A stretch of DNA of 64,000 nt, from the NCBI RefSeq assembly GCF_009914755.1, contig NC_060948.1; one strand, given 5' to 3'. This DNA is from the human T2T-CHM13v2.0 reference genome, Homo sapiens. The position numbers and the translations under genes are program-made. Below are positions 28,361-42,614 of this stretch, in pieces; positions within the stretch are counted from its first letter, which is position 1, and each line of letters opens with the position of its first letter. Below the pieces are notes generated by a model. The model was not told where the DNA came from. It did no database searches and was given only the letters and a program-made list of their open reading frames with translations.

Positions 28361-31300
28361 AGGCCTGGAATAAAGTGGAATGCTACGGTCTCGAATGGAA
28401 TAAAAATGTATGGAATGGAATGCAATGAAACGGAATCGAATGTCATAGAATGTAATGGAATGCAAAAAAATGGAATCCAAAATCATTGACTGGAAAGGCT
28501 GGGTGTCGAAAGGAATTGACTCCAATGGAATGGAATCGAATGGAATGGAAGTGAATAGAATCGAACTAAATCGAATGGAATGGAATTGATAGGAACGGAA
28601 TGGAAAGGAATGCAATGATTTGGCATGGAATGGAATCGAATGGCATCGAATGGAATGGAATGGAATGCAATGGAATGGAATGTATTAGAATGTAATGAAC
28701 TTTAATGGAATGTACTCGAATGGATTCGACTGGAATGGAATGTTCTGGAAGTGAATGGACTCCAATGGAATGGATTCCAAAGGAATGGAATCGTACGGAA
28801 TGGAATCTAATGCAATGGAATTAAATGGAAATGAATCAAATTGAATAGCACGGAATTGAATTGAATGGAATGGAATGCAATGGAATCTAATGAAACGGAA
28901 AGGAAAGGAATGGAATGGAATGGAATGGGCTGGAATGGAAAGGAATCGAAACGAATGGAATGGAATCGAAGTGAAGAGACTGGAATGGAATGCACTGGAA
29001 TGGAAGGGAGTGTAATGGAAGGTTCTCGAAAAAAATGGAATCGAATGGAATGGAATTGAATGGAACGGAATAGAGTCGAATGGAATTGAATGGAATGGAA
29101 TGGACTAGAGTGAAATGGAATCGAACCACAAGGAATGGACAGGAATAGAATGGTCTCGAATTGAATGGAATCGTATGGAATGGCATCAAACGGAATGGAA
29201 TGGACAGCCACGGAATGGAATGCACTCGAATGCAATGGAGTCGAAACTAATGGACTGGAATAGAATGGACTCGACTGGTACGGACTCCAATGGAATGGAA
29301 TCGAATGGAAGGGAATCGAACGGAAGGGAATCGAACGGAATGGACTCGAAGGGAAAAGACTGCAATGGAAAGGTCTCGAATGGAATGGAAATTAATGGAA
29401 TGGAATGGAATCGAATGAAATGGAGTCAAAAGGAATGGAATCGAATGGCAAGAAATCGAATGTAATGGAATCGCCAGGAATTGATGTGAACGGAACGGAA
29501 TGGAATGGAATCCAAAGGAATGGAATAGAATGGAATGGAATCGAATGGAAAGGACTCGAATGGAAATCACTCGAATAGAATGCAATTTAATAAAATAGGA
29601 TCAAATGTAATGGAATGGAATGGAAAGGAATCGAAACGAAAGGAATGGAGACAGATGGAATGGAATGGAACAGAGAGCAATGGTATAGAATGGAATGGAA
29701 TCATCTGGAATGGAATTGAATGGAATGGAATAATATGAAATGGAATGGAATGGAATGGAATGGAATGCCCTTGAATTAAATGGACTGGAATGGAATGGAC
29801 TCAAACAGAGTGGAATGGAAAGTGTGGAGATAGAATGGAATGAACTCCTTTGGAATGGTGTAGTATGCAATGCAATCGACTGGCAGGGAATCAAAAGGAA
29901 TGTAATCGAATGGATTGGACTGGAATGCAATGGACTCCAATAGATTGGAAACGGAATGCAAAGGAATGGAATGGAATAGTATGGAATGCAATGGAAGGGA
30001 ATGGAGTGGAATAGACTAGAGTGGAATGGAATGGACTGGAAAGCAATGGACTGGAATGGAACTTTCTTGGATGGACTGGAATCAAACGGAATGGAATGCA
30101 ATGCAATCAAATGGCATGGAATAAAATAGAATGAAAGAGAATCAAATGGAATTGAATCGAATGGAATCGAATGGATTGGAAAGGAATAGAATGGAATGGA
30201 ATGGAATTGACTCAAATGGAATGGACTAGAATGGAATGGATTCGAATGGAAGGCAAAGGAATGGAATCTATTGGAATGGACTGTAATGGAATGGAATGGA
30301 AGGGATTGGAATGGACTCGAATGGAATGGACTGCAATAGAAAGGATTCGAATGGAATGAAAAAGAATTGAATGGAATAGAACAGAATGGAATCAAATCGA
30401 ATGAAATGGAATGGAATAGAAAGGAATGGAATGAAATGGAATGGAAAGGATTCGAATGGAATGCAATGGAATGGAATGGAATCGAACGGAATGGAATAAA
30501 ATGGAAGAAAACTGGCAAGAAATGGAATCGAAATGAATGGAGTGTTATGGAATGGACTCAAAAGGAATTGAATGTAATAGAATGGAGTGGAGTGGACTCG
30601 AATATAATGGACTGGAATGGAATGAAATCACATGGAATGGGAACGAATGGAATGGAATGGAAAGGAATGGAATCGAATGGAAAGGAATCGAATGGAAGGG
30701 AATGAAATTGAATCAACAGGAATGGAAGGGAATAGAATAGACTGTAATGGAATGGACTCGAATAGAATGGACACGAATGCTCAAATTAAATGGACTCGAA
30801 TGGAATGGAAACGAAAGGAATGTCATCGAATGGAATTGAATCGATTGGAATGAAATCGCATAGAATGGAGTGGAATCAAATGGAATTGAGTCGAAAGGAA
30901 AGGAAGCGAATGGACTGAAATGAAATGGAATGGAATTGAATGGAAAGTAATGCAATGGAATAGAATGGAACGAAATTTCACGGAATGGAATCAAACTGAA
31001 TGGAATCAAATCAATGGAATCAAATCAAATGGAATGGAAAGGAATTGAATGGAGTAGATGGGATTGGATGGGATTGGAATGAAATGTACTGGAAAGGACT
31101 CGAATTTCATGAAACGGAATGGAATGAATTGGAACGGAATGGACTCGAATGGAATGGAATGTCATGGGATGGCATCAAATGGAATGGCATCAAATGGAAT
31201 GGAATCGAATGCAATGGAATGCTATGGAATGGAATGGAATGCATTGGAATGGAATGTCCTCTAATGGAATGGATTCGAGTGGAATGGAATTGAATATAAT

Positions 31301-31929
31301 GGAGTCGAATGAAATGGAATTGAAAGGAATGGGATCGAATACAATGGAATATACTGGAATGTAACGTAATGAACTCGAATGTAATTGACTGGAATGGAAT
31401 GTACATGAATGGAATGTAATCGAATGGAAAGTAATCCAATGGAATAGAATCTAATGCAATAAAATCGACTCAGATAGAGTAGAATGTAATGGAATGGAGT
31501 GCAGTGCAATGGAATGGAATGGAATGGAATGCAATGGAATGGAAAGGAATGGAATGGAATGGAATGGGTTGGAATGGTATGGAATGGATAGTAATGGACT
31601 GGAGTGAAATGGACTGGAAAGGAATGGACTCAAATTGAAAGGTCTCGAAAGGAATGGAGTCAAATGGAATGGTCTGGAATGGAATGAACACGAATGTAAT
31701 GCAACCCAATAGAATGGAATCGAATGGCATGGAATATAAAGAAATGGAATCGAAGAGAATGGAAACAAATGGAATGGAATTGAATGGAATGGAATTGAAT
31801 GGAATGGGAACTAATGGAGTGAAATTGTATGCAGTAGAAGAGAATAGAATGGAATGCAAGCGAAAGGAAAGGAATGGATTGGAATGGAATGGAATTCATT
31901 GGAATGGAAGGGAATGTAGTGTAATGGAC
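28361..31929 (+). repeat. DYZ1 monomer U9 (3569 bp)
   Basis: AGGCCT 28361 to 31930. Confidence 0.92.
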
Positions 31930-34900
31930 AGGCCTGGAATAAAGTGGAATGCTACGGTCTCGAATGGAATAAAAATGTATGGAATGGAATGCAATGAAAC
32001 GGAATCGAATGTCATAGAATGTAATGGAATGCAAAAAAATGGAATCCAAAATCATTGACTGGAAAGGCTGGGTGTCGAAAGGAATTGACTCCAATGGAAT
32101 GGAATCGAATGGAATGGAAGTGAATAGAATCGAACTAAATCGAATGGAATGGAATTGATAGGAACGGAATGGAAAGGAATGCAATGATTTGGCATGGAAT
32201 GGAATCGAATGGCATCGAATGGAATGGAATGGAATGCAATGGAATGGAATGTATTAGAATGTAATGAACTTTAATGGAATGTACTCGAATGGATTCGACT
32301 GGAATGGAATGTTCTGGAAGTGAATGGACTCCAATGGAATGGATTCAAAAGGAATGGAATCGTACGGAATGGAATCTAATGGAATGGAATTAAATGGAAA
32401 TGAATCAAATTGAATAGCACGGAATTGAATTGAATGGAATGGAATGCAATGGAATCTAATGAAACGGAAAGGAAAGGAATGGAATGGAATGGAATGGGCT
32501 GGAATGGAAAGGAATCGAAACGAATGGAATGGAATCGAACTGAAGAGACTGGAATGGAATGCACTGGAATGGAAGGGAGTGTAATGGAAGGTTCTCGAAA
32601 AAAATGGAATGGAATGGAATGGAATTGAATGGAACGGAATAGAGTCGAATGGAATTGAATGGAATGGAATGGACTAGAGTGAAATGGAATCGAACCACAA
32701 GGAATGGACAGGAATAGAATGGTCTCGAATTGAATGGAATCGTATGGAATGGCATCAAACGGAATGGAATGGACAGCCACGGAATAGAATGCACTCGAAT
32801 GCAATGGAGTCGAAACTAATGGACTGGAATAGAATGGACTCGACTGGTACGGACTCCAATGGAATGGAATCGAATGGAAGGGAATCGAACGGAATGGACT
32901 CGAAGGGACAAGACTGCAATGGAAAGGTCTCGAATGGAATGGAAATTAATGGAATGGAATGGAATCGAATGAAATGGAGTCAAAAGGAATGGAATCGAAT
33001 GGCAAGAAATCGAATGTAATGGAATCGCAAGGAATTGATGTGAACGGAACGGAATGGAATGGAATCCAAAGGAATGGAATAGAATGGAATGGAATCGAAT
33101 GGAAAGGACTCGAATGGAAATCACTCGAATAGAATGCAATTTAATAAAATAGGATCAAATGTAATGGAATGGAATGGAAAGGAATCGAAACGAAAGGAAT
33201 GGAGACAGATGGAATGGAATGGAACAGAGAGCAATGGTATAGAATGGAATGGAATCATCTGGAATGGAATTGAATGGAATGGAATAATATGAAATGGAAT
33301 GGAATGGAATGGAATGGAATGCCCTTGAATTAAATGGACTGGAATGGAATGGACTCGAACAGAGTGGAATGGAAAGTGTTGAGATAGAATGGAATGGACT
33401 CCTTTGGAATGGTCTAGTATGCAATGCAATCGACTGGTAGGGAATCAAAAGGAATGTAATCGAATGGATTGGACTGGAATGCAATGGACTCGAATAGATT
33501 GGAAACGGAATGCAAAGGAATGGAATGGAATAGTATGGAATGGAATGGAAAGGAATGGAGTGGAATAGACTAGAGTGGAATGGAATGGACTGGAAAGCAA
33601 TGGACTGGAATGGAACTTTCTTGAATGGACTGGAATCAAACGGAATGGAATGCAATGCAATCAAATGGCATGGAGTAAAATAGAATGAAAGAGAATCAAA
33701 TGGAATTGAATCGAATGGAATCGAATGGATTGGAAAGGAATAGAATGGAATGGAATGGAATTGACTCAAATGGAATGGACTAGAATGGAATGGATTCGAA
33801 TGGAAGGCAAAGGAATGGAATCTATTGGAATGGACTGGAATGGAATGGAATGGAAGGGATTGGAATGGACTCGAATGGAATGGACTGCAATAGAAAGGAT
33901 TCGAATGGAATGAAAAAGAATTGAATGGAATAGAACAGAATGGAATCAAATCGAATGAAATGGAATGGAATAGAAAGGAATGGAATGAAATGGAATGGAA
34001 AGGATTCGAATGGAATGCAATCGAATGGAATGGAATCGAACGGAATGGAATAAAATGGAAGAAAACTGGCAAGAAATGGAATCGAAATGAATGGAGTGTT
34101 ATGGAACGGACTCAAAAGGAATTGAATGTAATAGAATGGAGTGGAGTGGACTCGAATATAATGGACTGGAATGGAATGAAATCACATGGAATGGGAACGA
34201 ATGGAATGGAATGGAAAGGAATGGAATCGAATGGAAAGGAATCGAATGGAAGGGAATGAAATTGAATCAACAGGAATGGAAGGGAATAGAATAGACGGTA
34301 ATGGAATGGACTCGAATAGAATGGACACGAATGCTCAAATTGAATGGACTCGAATGGAATGGAAACGAAAGGAATGTCATCGAATGGAATTGAATCGATA
34401 GGAATGAAATCGCATAGAATGGAGTGGAATCAAATGGAATTGAATCGAAAGGAAAGGAAGCGAATGGACTGAAATGAAATGGAATGGAATTGAATGGAAA
34501 GTAATGCAATGGAATAGAATGGAACGAAATTTCACGGAATGGAATCAAACTGAATGGAATCAAATCAATGGAATCTAATCAAATGGAATGGAAAGGAATT
34601 GAATGGAGTAGATTGGATTGGATGGGATTGGAATGAAATGTACTGGAAAGGACTCGAATTTCATGAAACGGAATGGAATGAATTGGAACGGAATGGACTC
34701 GAATGGAATGGAATGTCATGGAATGGCATCAAATGGAATGGCATCAAATGGAATGGAATCGAATGCAATGGAATGCTATGGATTGGAATGGAATGCATTG
34801 GAATGGAACGTCCTCTAATGGAATGGATTCGAGTGGAATGGAATCGAATATAATGGAGTCGAATGAAATGGAATTGAAAGGAATGGGATCGAATAGAATG

Positions 34901-35498
34901 GAATATACTGAAATGTAATGTAATGAACTCGAATGTAATTGACTGGAATGGAATGTACATGAATGGAATGTAATCGAATGGAAAGTAATCCAATGGAATA
35001 GAATCTAATGCAATAAAACCGACTCAGATAGAGTAGAATGTAATGGAATGGAGTGCAGTGCAATGGAATGGAATGGAATTGAATGCAATGGAATGGAATG
35101 GAATGGAATGGAATGGAATGGAATGGAATGGAATGGGATGGAATGGTATGGAATGGATAGTAATGGACTGGAGTGAAATGGACTGGAAAGGAATGGACTC
35201 AAATTGAAAGGGCTCGAAAGGAATGGAGTCAAATGGAATGGTCTGGAATGGAATGAACACGAATGTAATGCAATCCAATAGAATGGAAACGAATGGCATG
35301 GAATATAAATAAATGGAATCGAAGAGAATGGAAACAAATGGAATGGAATTGAATGGAATGGAATTGAATGGAATGGGAACGAATGGAGTGAAATTGTATG
35401 CAGTAGAAGGGAATAGAATGGAATGCAAGCGAAAGGAAAGGAATGGATTGGAATGGAATGGAATTCATTGGAATGGAAGGGAATGTAGTGTAATGGAC
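31930..35498 (+). repeat. DYZ1 monomer U10 (3569 bp)
   Basis: AGGCCT 31930 to 35499. Confidence 0.92.
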
Positions 35499-38400
35499 AG
35501 GCCTGGAATAAAGTGGAATGCTACGGTCTCGAATGGAATAAAAATGTATGGAATGGAATGCAATGAAACGGAATCGAATGTCATAGAATGTAACGGAATG
35601 CAAAAAAATGGAATCCAAAATCATTGACTGGAAAGGCTGGGTGTCGAAAGGAATTGACTCCAATGGAATGGAATCGAATGGAATGGAAGTGAATAGAATC
35701 GAACTAAATCGAATGGAATGGAATTGATAGGAACGGAATGGAAAGGAATGCAATGATTTGGCATGGAATGGAATCGAATGGCATCGAATGGAATGGAATG
35801 GAATGCAATGGAATGGAATGTATTAGAATGTAATGAACTTTAATGGAATGTACTCGAATGGATTCGACTGGAATGGAATGTTCCGGAAGTGAATGGACTC
35901 CAATGGAATGGATTCAAAAGGAATGGAATCGTACGGAATGGAATCTAATGGAATGGAATTAAATGGAAATGAATCAAATTGAATAGCACGGAATTGAATT
36001 GAATGGAATGGAATGCAATGGAATCTAATGAAACGGAAAGGAAAGGAATGGAATGGAATGGAATGGGCTGGAATGGAAAGGAATCGAAACGAATGGAATG
36101 GAATCGAACTGAAGAGACTGGAATGGAATGCACTGGAATGGAAGGGAGTGTAATGGAAGGTTCTCGAAAAAAATGGAATCGAATGGAATGGAATTGAATG
36201 GAACGGAATAGAGTCGAATGGAATTGAATGGAATGGAATGGACTAGAGTGAAATGGAATCGAACCACAAGGAATGGACAGGAATAGAATGGTCTCGAATT
36301 GAATGGAATCGTATGGAATGGCATCAAACGGAATGGAATGGACAGCCACGGAATGGAATGCACTCGAATGCAATGGAGTCGAAACTAACGGACTGGAATA
36401 GAATGGACTCGACTGGTACGGACTCCAATGGAATGGAATCGAATGGAAGGGAATCGAACGGAAGGGAATCGAACGGAATGGACTCGAAGGGAAAAGACTG
36501 CAATGGAAAGGTCTCGAATGGAATGGAAATTAATGGAATGGAATGGAGTCGAATGAAATGGAGTCAAAAGGAATGGAATCGAATGGCAAGAAATCGAATG
36601 TAATGGAATCGCAAGGAATTGATGTGAACGGAACGGAATGGAATGGAATCCAAAGGAATGGAATAGAATGGAATGGAATCGAATGGAAAGGACTCGAATG
36701 GAAATCACTCGAATAGAATGCAATTTAATAAAATAGGATCAAATGTAATGGAATGGAATGGAAAGGAATCGAAACGAAAGGAATGGAGACAGATGGAATG
36801 GAATGGAACAGAGAGCAATGGTATAGAATGGAATGGAATCATCTGGAATGGAATTGAATGGAATGGAATAATATGAAATGGAATGGAATGGAATGGAATG
36901 GAATGCCCTTGAATTAAATGGACTGGAATGGAATGGACTCAAACAGAGTGGAATGGAAAGTGTGGAGATAGAATGGAATGAACTCCTTTGGAATGGTCTA
37001 GTAGGCAATGCAATCGACTGGCAGGGAATCAAAAGGAATGTAATCGAATGGATTGGACTGGAATGCAATGGACTCCAATAGATTGGAAACGGAATGCAAA
37101 GAATGGAATGGAATAGTATGGAATGGAATGGAAAGGAATGGAGTGGAACAGACTAGAGTGGAATGGAATGGACTGGAAAGCAATGGACTGGAATGGAACT
37201 TTCTTGAATGGACTGGAATCAAACGGAATGGAATGCAATGCAATCAAATGGCATGGAATAAAATAGAATGAAAGAGAATCAAATGGAATTGAATCGAATG
37301 GAATCGAATGGATTGGAAAGGAATAGAATGGAATGGAATGGAATTGACTCAAATGGAATGGACTAGAATGGAATGGATTCGAATGGAAGGCAAAGGAATG
37401 GAATCTATTGGAATGGACTGTAATGGAATGGAATGGAAGGAATTGGAATGGACTCGAATGGAATGGACTGCAATAGAAAGGATTCGAATGGAATGAAAAA
37501 GAATTGAATGGAATAGAACAGAATGGAATCAAATCGAATGAAATGGAATGGAATAGAAAGGAATGGAATGAAATGGAATGGAAAGGATTCGAATGGAATG
37601 CAATCGAATGGAATGGAATCGAACGGAATGGAATAAAATGGAAGAAAACTGGCAAGAAATGGAATCGAAATGAATGGAGTGTTATGGAACGGACTCAAAA
37701 GGAATTGAATGTAATAGAATGGAGTGGAGTGGACTCGAATATAATGGACTGGAATGGAATGAAATCACATGGAATGGGAACGAATGGAATGGAATGGAAA
37801 GGAATGGAATCGAATGGAAAGGAATCGAATGGAAGGGAATGAAATTGAATCAACAGGAATGGAAGGGAATAGAATAGACGGTAATGGAATGGACTCGAAT
37901 AGAATGGACACGAATGCTCAAATTAAATGGACTCGAATGGAATGGAAACGAAAGGAATGTCATCGAATGGAATTGAATCGATTGGAATGAAATCGCATAG
38001 AATGGAGTGGAATCAAATGGAATTGAATCGAAAGGAAAGGAAGCGAATGGACTGAAATGAAATGGAATGGAATTGAATGGAAAGTAATGCAATGGAATAG
38101 AATGGAACGAAATTTCACGGAATGGAATCAAACTGAATGGAATCAAATCAATGGAATCAAATCAAATGGAATGGAAAGGAATTGAATGGAGTAGATGGGA
38201 TTGGATGGGATTGGAATGAAATGTACTGGAAAGGACTCGAATTTCATGAAACGGAATGGAATGAATTGGAACGGAATGGACTCGAATGGAATGGAATGTC
38301 ATGGGATGGCATCAAATGGAATGGCATCAAATGGAATGGAATCGAATGCAATGGAATGCTATGGAATGGAATGGAATGCATTGGAATGGAATGTCCTCTA

Positions 38401-39041
38401 ATGGAATGGATTCGAGTGGAATGGAATTGAATATAATGGAGTCGAATGAAATGGAATTGAAAGGAATGGGATCGAATACAATGGAATATACTGGAATGTA
38501 ACGTAATGAACTCGAATGTAATTGACTGGAATGGAATGTACATGAATGGAATGTAATCGAATGGAAAGTAATCCAATGGAATAGAATCTAATGCAATAAA
38601 ATCGACTCAGATAGAGTAGAATGTAATGGAATGGAGTGCAGTGCAAAGGAATGGAATGGAATGGAATGCAATGGAATGGAATGGAATGGAATGGGATGGA
38701 ATGGCATGGAATGGATAGTAATGGACTGGAGTGAAATGGACTGGAAAGGAATGGACTCAAATTGAAAGGGCTCGAAAGGAATGGAGTCAAATGGAATGGT
38801 CTGGAATGGAATGAACACGAATGTAATGCAACCAAATAGAATGGAATCGAATGGCATGGAATATAAAGAAATGGAATCGAAGAGAATGGAAACAAATGGA
38901 ATGGAATTGAATGGAATGGGAACGAATGGAGTGAAATTGTATGCAGTAGAAGAGAATAGAATGGAATGCAAGCGAAAGGAAAGGAATGGATTGGAATGGA
39001 ATGGAATTCATTGGAATGGAAGGGAATGTAGTGTAATGGAC
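35499..39041 (+). repeat. DYZ1 monomer U11 (3543 bp)
   Basis: AGGCCT 35499 to 39042. Confidence 0.92.
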
Positions 39042-42000
39042 AGGCCTGGAATAAAGTGGAATGCTACGGTCTCGAATGGAATAAAAATGTATGGAATGGA
39101 ATGCAATGAAACGGAATCGAATGTCATAGAATGTAATGGAATGCAAAAAAATGGAATCCAAAATCATTGACTAGAAAGGCTGGGTGTCGAAAGGAATTGA
39201 CTCCAATGGAATGGAATCGAATGGAATGGAAGTGAATAGAATCGAACTAAATCGAATGGAATGGAATTGATAGGAACGGAATGGAAAGGAATGCAATGAT
39301 TTGGCATGGAATGGAATCGAATGGCATCGAATGGAATGGAATGGAATGCAATGGAATGGAATGTATTAGAATGTAATGAACTTTAATGGAATGTACTCGA
39401 ATGGATTCGACTGGAATGGAATGTTCTGGAAGTGAATGGACTCCAATGGAATGGATTCAAAAGGAATGGAATCGTACGGAATGGAATCTAATGGAATGGA
39501 ATTAAATGGAAATGAATCAAATTGAATAGCACGGAATTGAATTGAATGGAATCGAATGCAATGGAATCTAATGAAACGGAAAGGAAAGGAATGGAATGGA
39601 ATGGGCTGGAATGGAAAGGAATCGAAACGAATGGAATGGAATCGAACTGAAGAGACTGGAATGGAATGCACTGGAATGGAAGGGAGTGTAATGGAAGGTT
39701 CTCGAAAAAAATGGAATCGAATGGAATGGAATTGAATGGAACGGAATAGAGTCGAATGGAATTGAATGGAATGGAATGGACTAGAGTGAAATGGAATCGA
39801 ACCACAAGGAATGGACAGGAATAGAATGGTCTCGAATTGAATGGAATCGTATGGAATGGCATCAAACGGAATGGAATGGACAGCCACGGAATGGAATGCA
39901 CTCGAATGCAATGGAGTCGAAACTAATGGACTGGAATAGAATGGACTCGACTGGTACGGACTCCAATGGAATGGAATCGAATGGAAGGGAATCGAACGGA
40001 AGGGAATCGAACGGAATGGACTCGAAGGGAAAAGACTGCAATGGAAAGGTCTCGAATGGAATGGAAATTAATGGAATGGAATGGAATCGAATGAAATGGA
40101 GTCAAAAGGAATGGAATCGAATGGCAAGAAATCGAATGTAATGGAATCGCAAGGAATTGATGTGAACGGAACGGAATGGAATGGAATCCAAAGGAATGGA
40201 ATAGAATGGAATGGAATCGAATGGAAAGGACTCGAATGGAAATCACTCGAATAGAATGCAATTTAATAAAATAGGATCAAATGTAATGGAATGGAATGGA
40301 AAGGAATCGAAACGAAAGGAATGGAGACAGATGGAATGGAATGGAACAGAGAGCAATGGTATAGAATGGAATGGAATCATCTGGAATGGAATTGAATGGA
40401 ATGGAATTATATGAAATGGAATGGAATGGAATGGAATGGAATGCCCTTGAATTAAATGGACTGGAATGGAATGGACTCAAACAGAGTGGAATGGAAAGTG
40501 TGGAGATAGAATGGAATGAACTCCTTTGGAATGGTCTAGTAGGCAATGCAATCGACTGGCAGGGAATCAAAAGGAATGTAATCGAATGGATTGGACTGGA
40601 ATGCAATGGACTCCAATAGATTGGAAACGGAATGCAAAGAATGGAATGGAATAGTATGGAATGGAATGGAAAGGAATGGAGTGGAACAGACTAGAGTGGA
40701 ATGGAATGGACTGGAAAGCAATGGACTGGAATGGAACTTTCTTGAATGGACTGGAATCAAACGGAATGGAATGCAATGCAATCAAATGGCATGGAATAAA
40801 ATAGAATGAAAGAGAATCAAATGGAATTGAATCGAATGGAATTGAATGGATTGGAAAGGAATAGAATGGAATGGAATGGAATTGACTCAAATGGAATGGA
40901 GTAGAATGGAATGGATTCGAATGGAAGGCAAAGGAATGGAATCTATTGGAATGGACTGTAATGGAATGGAATGGAAGGGATTGGAATGGAGTCGAATGGA
41001 ATGGACTGCAATAGAAAGGATTCGAATGGAATGAAAAAGAATTGAATGGAATAGAACAGAATGGAATCAAATCGAATGAAATGGAATGGAATAGAAAGGA
41101 ATGGAATGAAATGGAATGGAAAGGATTCGAATGGAATGCAATCGAATGGAATGGAATCGAACGGAATGGAATAAAATGGAAGAAAACTGGCAAGAAATGG
41201 AATCGAAATGAATGGAGTGTTATGGAACGGACTCAAAAGGAATGGAATGTAATAGAATGGAGTGGAGTGGACTCGAATATAATGGACTGGAATGGAATGA
41301 AATCACATGGAATGGGAACGAATGGAAAGGAATGGAAAGGAATGGAATCGAATGGAAAGGAATCGAATGGAAGGGAATGAAATTGAATCAACAGGAATGG
41401 AAGGGAATAGAATAGACGGTAATGGAATGGACTCGAATAGAATGGACACGAATGCTCAAATTAAATGGACTCTAATAGAATGGAAACGAAAGGAATGTCA
41501 TCGAATGGAATTGAATCGATTGGAATGAAATCGCATAGAATGGAGTGGAATCAAATGGAATTGAATCGAAAGGAAAGGAAGCGAATGGACTGAAATGAAA
41601 TGGAATGGAATTGAATGGAAAGTAATGCAATGGAAGAGAAAGGAAGGAAATTTCACGGAATGGAATCAAACTGAATGGAATCAAATCAATGGAATCAAAT
41701 CAAATGGAATGGAAAGGAATTGAATGGAGTAGATGGGATTGGATGGGATTGGAATGAAATGTACTGGAAAGGACTCGAATTTCATGAAACGGAATGGAAT
41801 GAATTGGAAAGGAATGGACTCGAATGGAATGGAATGTCATGGGATGGCATCAAATGGAAAGGCATCAAATGGAATGGAAACGAATGCAATGGAATGCTAT
41901 GGAATGGAATGGAATGCATTGGAATGGAATGTCCTCTAATGGAATGGATTCGAGTGGAATGGAATTGAATATAATGGAGTCGAATGAAATGGAATTGAAA

Positions 42001-42614
42001 GGAATGGGATCGAATACAATGGAATATACTGGAATGTAACGTAATGAACTCGAATGTAATTGACTGGAATGGAATGTACATGAATGGAATGTAATCGAAT
42101 GGAAAGTAATCCAATGGAATAGAATCTAATGCAATAAAATCGACTCAGATAGAGTAGAATGTAATGGAATGGAGTGCAGTGCAATGGAATGGAATGGAGT
42201 GGAATGCAATGGAATGGAATGGAATGGAATGGAATGGAATGGAATGGAATGGGATGGAATGGTATGGAATGGATAGTAATGGACTGGAGTGAAATGGACT
42301 GGAAAGGAATGGACTCAAATTGAAAGTTCTCGAAAGGAATGGAGTCAAATGGAATGGTCTGGAATGGAATGAACACGAATGTAATGCAACCAAATAGAAT
42401 GGAATCGAATGGCATGGAATATAAAGAAATGGAATCGAAGAGAATGGAAACAAATGGAATGGAATTGAATGGAATGGAATTGAATGGAATTGGAACGAAT
42501 GGAGTGAAATTGTATGCAGTAGAAGAGAATAGAATGGAATGCAAGCGAAAGGAAAGGAATGGATTGGAATGGAATGAAATTCATTGGAATGGAAGGGAAT
42601 GTAGTGTAATGGAC
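39042..42614 (+). repeat. DYZ1 monomer U12 (3573 bp)
   Basis: AGGCCT 39042 to 42615. Confidence 0.92.

Noticed and set aside
34571-34581. GAATCTAATCA resembling a DUX4 site (GAATCAAATCA in other units)
   Set aside because: It is an imperfect match, a single variant copy, and easily produced by chance in AATC-rich satellite.
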